From positions 1 to 25,745 of IMG/VR virus record IMGVR_UViG_3300032239_000353: DNA of 25,745 nucleotides. One strand, 5' to 3'. The translations under genes and the position numbers were made by a program. Source of the stretch: a virus. Its lineage: Duplodnaviria > Caudoviricetes. The notes under the pieces were generated by a model. The model ran no database searches and was not told the DNA's origin. It saw nothing but the letters and a program-made list of their open reading frames with translations. Of this stretch, positions 22,914 to 25,745 are shown one piece after another; position 1 is the stretch's first letter, and each line of letters starts with the position of its first letter.

Positions 22914-25745
22914 TTAAAGGGTAAATAGTTTATAAACCTCACATATATGTAAGGCTTCATCAGCCGCTTTTTGTATGTCAACAAATGTACTATCATTACT
23001 ATTAGCCCATTTATCAAATTCAGTTTGATTTTGAAATCTTTTTGTTGGCCAATTAGTAATCCAAAGATTAACCATATACGCAACAATTTCTTCTCTATAT
23101 AAACCATCCCATTTTCTACCATTAGTATATATTATACTATTCGCAGGATTTGATTTATTATAATATAAATCAGATATAAATCTAACAGAGTTTTCAAAAT
23201 TAGAAAAAACCGCATATGGTGCACTTTGCCCAAAATTAGACTTACAAGCGTATTGGTTAGTCAAATACGTATTTCTTCCCCCATAAGATATTTGTGGGAA
23301 AGGAATACCACCCAACGGAGTTCCACCCAAATCATGATTAAAAGCATATAATGTTTTATCATCATGTCCATTTACATACATGGTAAAGAATGTCATTAAT
23401 CTTGCAACATTATTTGGTACAATATTTTTAATAATTTTTGCAACATCAGCAATTGTTATATTAGTAATAACATTTTCAATACCACTGAATTTTCGATATT
23501 CTGTACTTGCATCTGAAATATCTTTAAGACAATAAACTTGTGGTGATGGTGTATATTTAGCATTTAATTGAACACCATTCCCTATTGTAATAACATTAAC
23601 TACAGGTTGTGCTGCGGTTGTTGCCGTTTCTTTAAGTCGATATAGTGATTGTACCAATTCACTTAATAAATTTTGATTAATTGACATGATTTGTTTACTA
23701 ATCAATGGAAGTGAATAAACCGGCATTCTTGTACCCGTAAAGAATGTTTTGAAATTTCCCGAATCTATTACATGTTCAACCGATTGAATCATATAAGGAC
23801 CTCTAAACATTGGTACGTGTCTTAAATTGAAATACATTGTAGGTTGTATCATCACATTACCTAATGCTTCAACTCTACATTCATAACTTCTATTTTTATA
23901 TAAATTATATAAACTAACACTTTGTGTGTTAACTTTTCTACCCGACGCACCCATAGCCATGTCAGTCATTATTTTATTACCTTCAGTTGTTGCTGCGGCG
24001 GGGTTTTGGTCTAATTGAATACTATAAAAAATTCCTTGATTTCTTGTTCCAAAATCAACATTAAAAGCAACAACTTTGTTTGATGTTGCCCAATCTTTTT
24101 TTCCTTGTAAATTTGAAACCATAGGATTATCAGAACTTCGTGTTAAATCAAACGCATCGGTTCTCCATCTATAATCCGCATTGTCTCTCATGTCTAAATG
24201 TTCACTTGGTTTACCAGCGTAATAACAAACTAACTTTGGTTGTGAGTTTCTATAATCAACATCCAAGAAAGTACCAAATAAAGAATTCGCCAAAGATTCA
24301 GATGATTCAGCATTTGGTGTAACACCTTGTTTTACTTCACCAACACCCCAAAAATTGATATAAGCAGGTAATGGCATCATTTGGAATTGGTTATCAGCAA
24401 TAATTTTACTAATGAAATCAATAACCCTTGTATCCATAGATGTGGTTCCCGAAAAGAAATTTATCAATTTAAATACGTCAACCAATATCTTATCACCAAT
24501 ATCTCTGTTTGCTCTATCTAAAAATAAAACATCTGAAAATAATGTTTTATCCGTATATTCAGTACCTGCAATCCATTTATCATTGAATGCCTTAAATGAT
24601 TCGTAAAACTCTAATTTAGGTTGTGTTCCATCAACCGCAGATAAAATTGGTTTTTCAACTGTTTCAGTTACATCAGGTAAAGTTTTTTGTAATGAAAAAA
24701 ATAATTGTCCTAAAACTTCATTTATGTTGTTATTTTTGTCTGTAAGATATCCATTTAATCCATCTATAAAGTCAGCTTTATTATATGTGTCATTTGGGAA
24801 CTGTTCTTTTAATTTAAGTTTTTGTGTTCCAAAAATTTTGATTAATGGTGCAAAATTAACAACATTTTGTTGGGTAAATTCAATATTCATTGTTGGGAAG
24901 AAATCTGTAAAGTAACTTCCATTATTGGTATATTCCATACCTGGTTGAGTACCAAAACCAACATAAGTATACATGGCTTTCCACGCATCAGTATTATTTG
25001 TATATGATTGTTGATATGTCGTAGTACCACCTTGGGTTGGTAATGAATTAATCACATACGAATTATATGTATAACCATCAACCACTTTATTAGGAGATAT
25101 TGGTGGTGCAGGCAATGTTGTAAATGAACCAAACAATTTACGATTAAAATTACTCGGATTTCCGTATCTAAATGTTTTATAGTAATTTAAAAAAGAGTTT
25201 ATTATATTAGTGGCATTATTCATTTGTTTAATAGAACAATCATTAACATAATCATTCGCATTTTTCTTATTATCAACTTCAGGTATAAATAAAATACCGG
25301 TCATTAATTCTTGGAAATTCTTAACAATAGTTTTGTCATAAAGGTCTTCAAGTGTTAAATTAAGATTTGATTTTGAGAAGTTTAAGAATTCAGTTTCAAA
25401 TGAATCTAAAATATCTTTTTTGAAAGTCCCAAACACATCTTCAATTTTTGTATATTTTTGACTTAATAAGAATGGTTCTTGTATAGTTGACCCAGTGTAA
25501 ATTTGTTTAAGATATTCATCATAACTTGGTTTTTTTATACTTTGTAATTCAAAATAACCATAGTTTGGTGCCACCCAAAATGTACGAACCGCACCATTTT
25601 GAACCGCTTTATTATTGAAAACTTCTTGTGTCATGGTATCACCAGTGGCATTGTTTTGGAAACATTCAGCCTTTATTTGATTTACATTTGAACCAAATGA
25701 AGGAATTACCATTGTTGTGTTACCGTTTAATTTATTTTTTATCTG
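22914..25745 (-). CDS. Large baseplate-hub-like protein (gp27 / P2 gpD / VgrG-type C-terminal barrel); partial, 5' end beyond the right edge
   Basis: The frame stays open for 11 codons upstream of the ATG at 25712 to the window end. CRVEALGNVMIQPTMYFNL...FRGPYMIQSVEHVIDSGNFKTFFTGTR (~23724-23891) fits the hub motif G...I.P....L....G.Y.I..V.H......T....R. Confidence 0.75.
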   Translation of the reverse strand, partial: QIKNKLNGNTTMVIPSFGSNVNQIKAECFQNNATGDTMTQEVFNNKAVQNGAVRTFWVAPNYGYFELQSIKKPSYDEYLKQIYTGSTIQEPFLLSQKYTKIEDVFGTFKKDILDSFETEFLNFSKSNLNLTLEDLYDKTIVKNFQELMTGILFIPEVDNKKNANDYVNDCSIKQMNNATNIINSFLNYYKTFRYGNPSNFNRKLFGSFTTLPAPPISPNKVVDGYTYNSYVINSLPTQGGTTTYQQSYTNNTDAWKAMYTYVGFGTQPGMEYTNNGSYFTDFFPTMNIEFTQQNVVNFAPLIKIFGTQKLKLKEQFPNDTYNKADFIDGLNGYLTDKNNNINEVLGQLFFSLQKTLPDVTETVEKPILSAVDGTQPKLEFYESFKAFNDKWIAGTEYTDKTLFSDVLFLDRANRDIGDKILVDVFKLINFFSGTTSMDTRVIDFISKIIADNQFQMMPLPAYINFWGVGEVKQGVTPNAESSESLANSLFGTFLDVDYRNSQPKLVCYYAGKPSEHLDMRDNADYRWRTDAFDLTRSSDNPMVSNLQGKKDWATSNKVVAFNVDFGTRNQGIFYSIQLDQNPAAATTEGNKIMTDMAMGASGRKVNTQSVSLYNLYKNRSYECRVEALGNVMIQPTMYFNLRHVPMFRGPYMIQSVEHVIDSGNFKTFFTGTRMPVYSLPLISKQIMSINQNLLSELVQSLYRLKETATTAAQPVVNVITIGNGVQLNAKYTPSPQVYCLKDISDASTEYRKFSGIENVITNITIADVAKIIKNIVPNNVARLMTFFTMYVNGHDDKTLYAFNHDLGGTPLGGIPFPQISYGGRNTYLTNQYACKSNFGQSAPYAVFSNFENSVRFISDLYYNKSNPANSIIYTNGRKWDGLYREEIVAYMVNLWITNWPTKRFQNQTEFDKWANSNDSTFVDIQKAADEALHICEVYKLFTL

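Noticed and set aside
2614-22916. Stop-codon recoding (none of 18 complete stops is TAG: 15 TAA, 3 TGA)
   Set aside because: Genes are intact and densely packed under the standard code, and low TAG use is expected in AT-rich DNA.
2607-24915. Short 60-88 aa alternative-frame or antisense ORFs in the track (e.g. 2607-2825, 3976-4242, 8723-8947, 16146-16331, 22868-23122)
   Set aside because: Nested within longer genes, with no recognisable motifs or start context.

Overview
AT-rich fragment of a large tailed dsDNA phage with a contractile-tail-type baseplate (T4-like gp25, gp6, gp7/gpI and gp27/gpD motifs). All credible genes lie on the minus strand and are tightly packed. In transcription order (right to left): a very large baseplate-hub-like protein (open at the right edge); two small hypothetical proteins; a terminator and sigma70-like promoter; a replication/recombination block (gp32-like SSB, RecA/UvsX, 5'-3' exonuclease, 149-aa hypothetical, DnaB/gp41-like helicase, monomeric class II B12-dependent RNR); a terminator; a low-GC SAM methyltransferase; a Cys-rich DUF5522-like protein; then a ~14 kb coupled baseplate/virion operon ending in an 871+ aa ORF that the ORF track missed (open at the left edge). 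The most unusual signals are: (1) a dispersed [S/T]-G-x-T tetrapeptide strongly enriched in five putative virion proteins and nearly absent from the enzymes, a candidate virion-protein modification (glycosylation) sequon; (2) a TATTTAT motif just upstream of several genes, the reverse complement of the T4 late promoter core; (3) a 1601-aa baseplate-cluster protein with a long membrane-like hydrophobic segment. No tRNA, CRISPR array, integrase, intron or intein was recognised. All family calls come from motif recognition by eye, not database searches.
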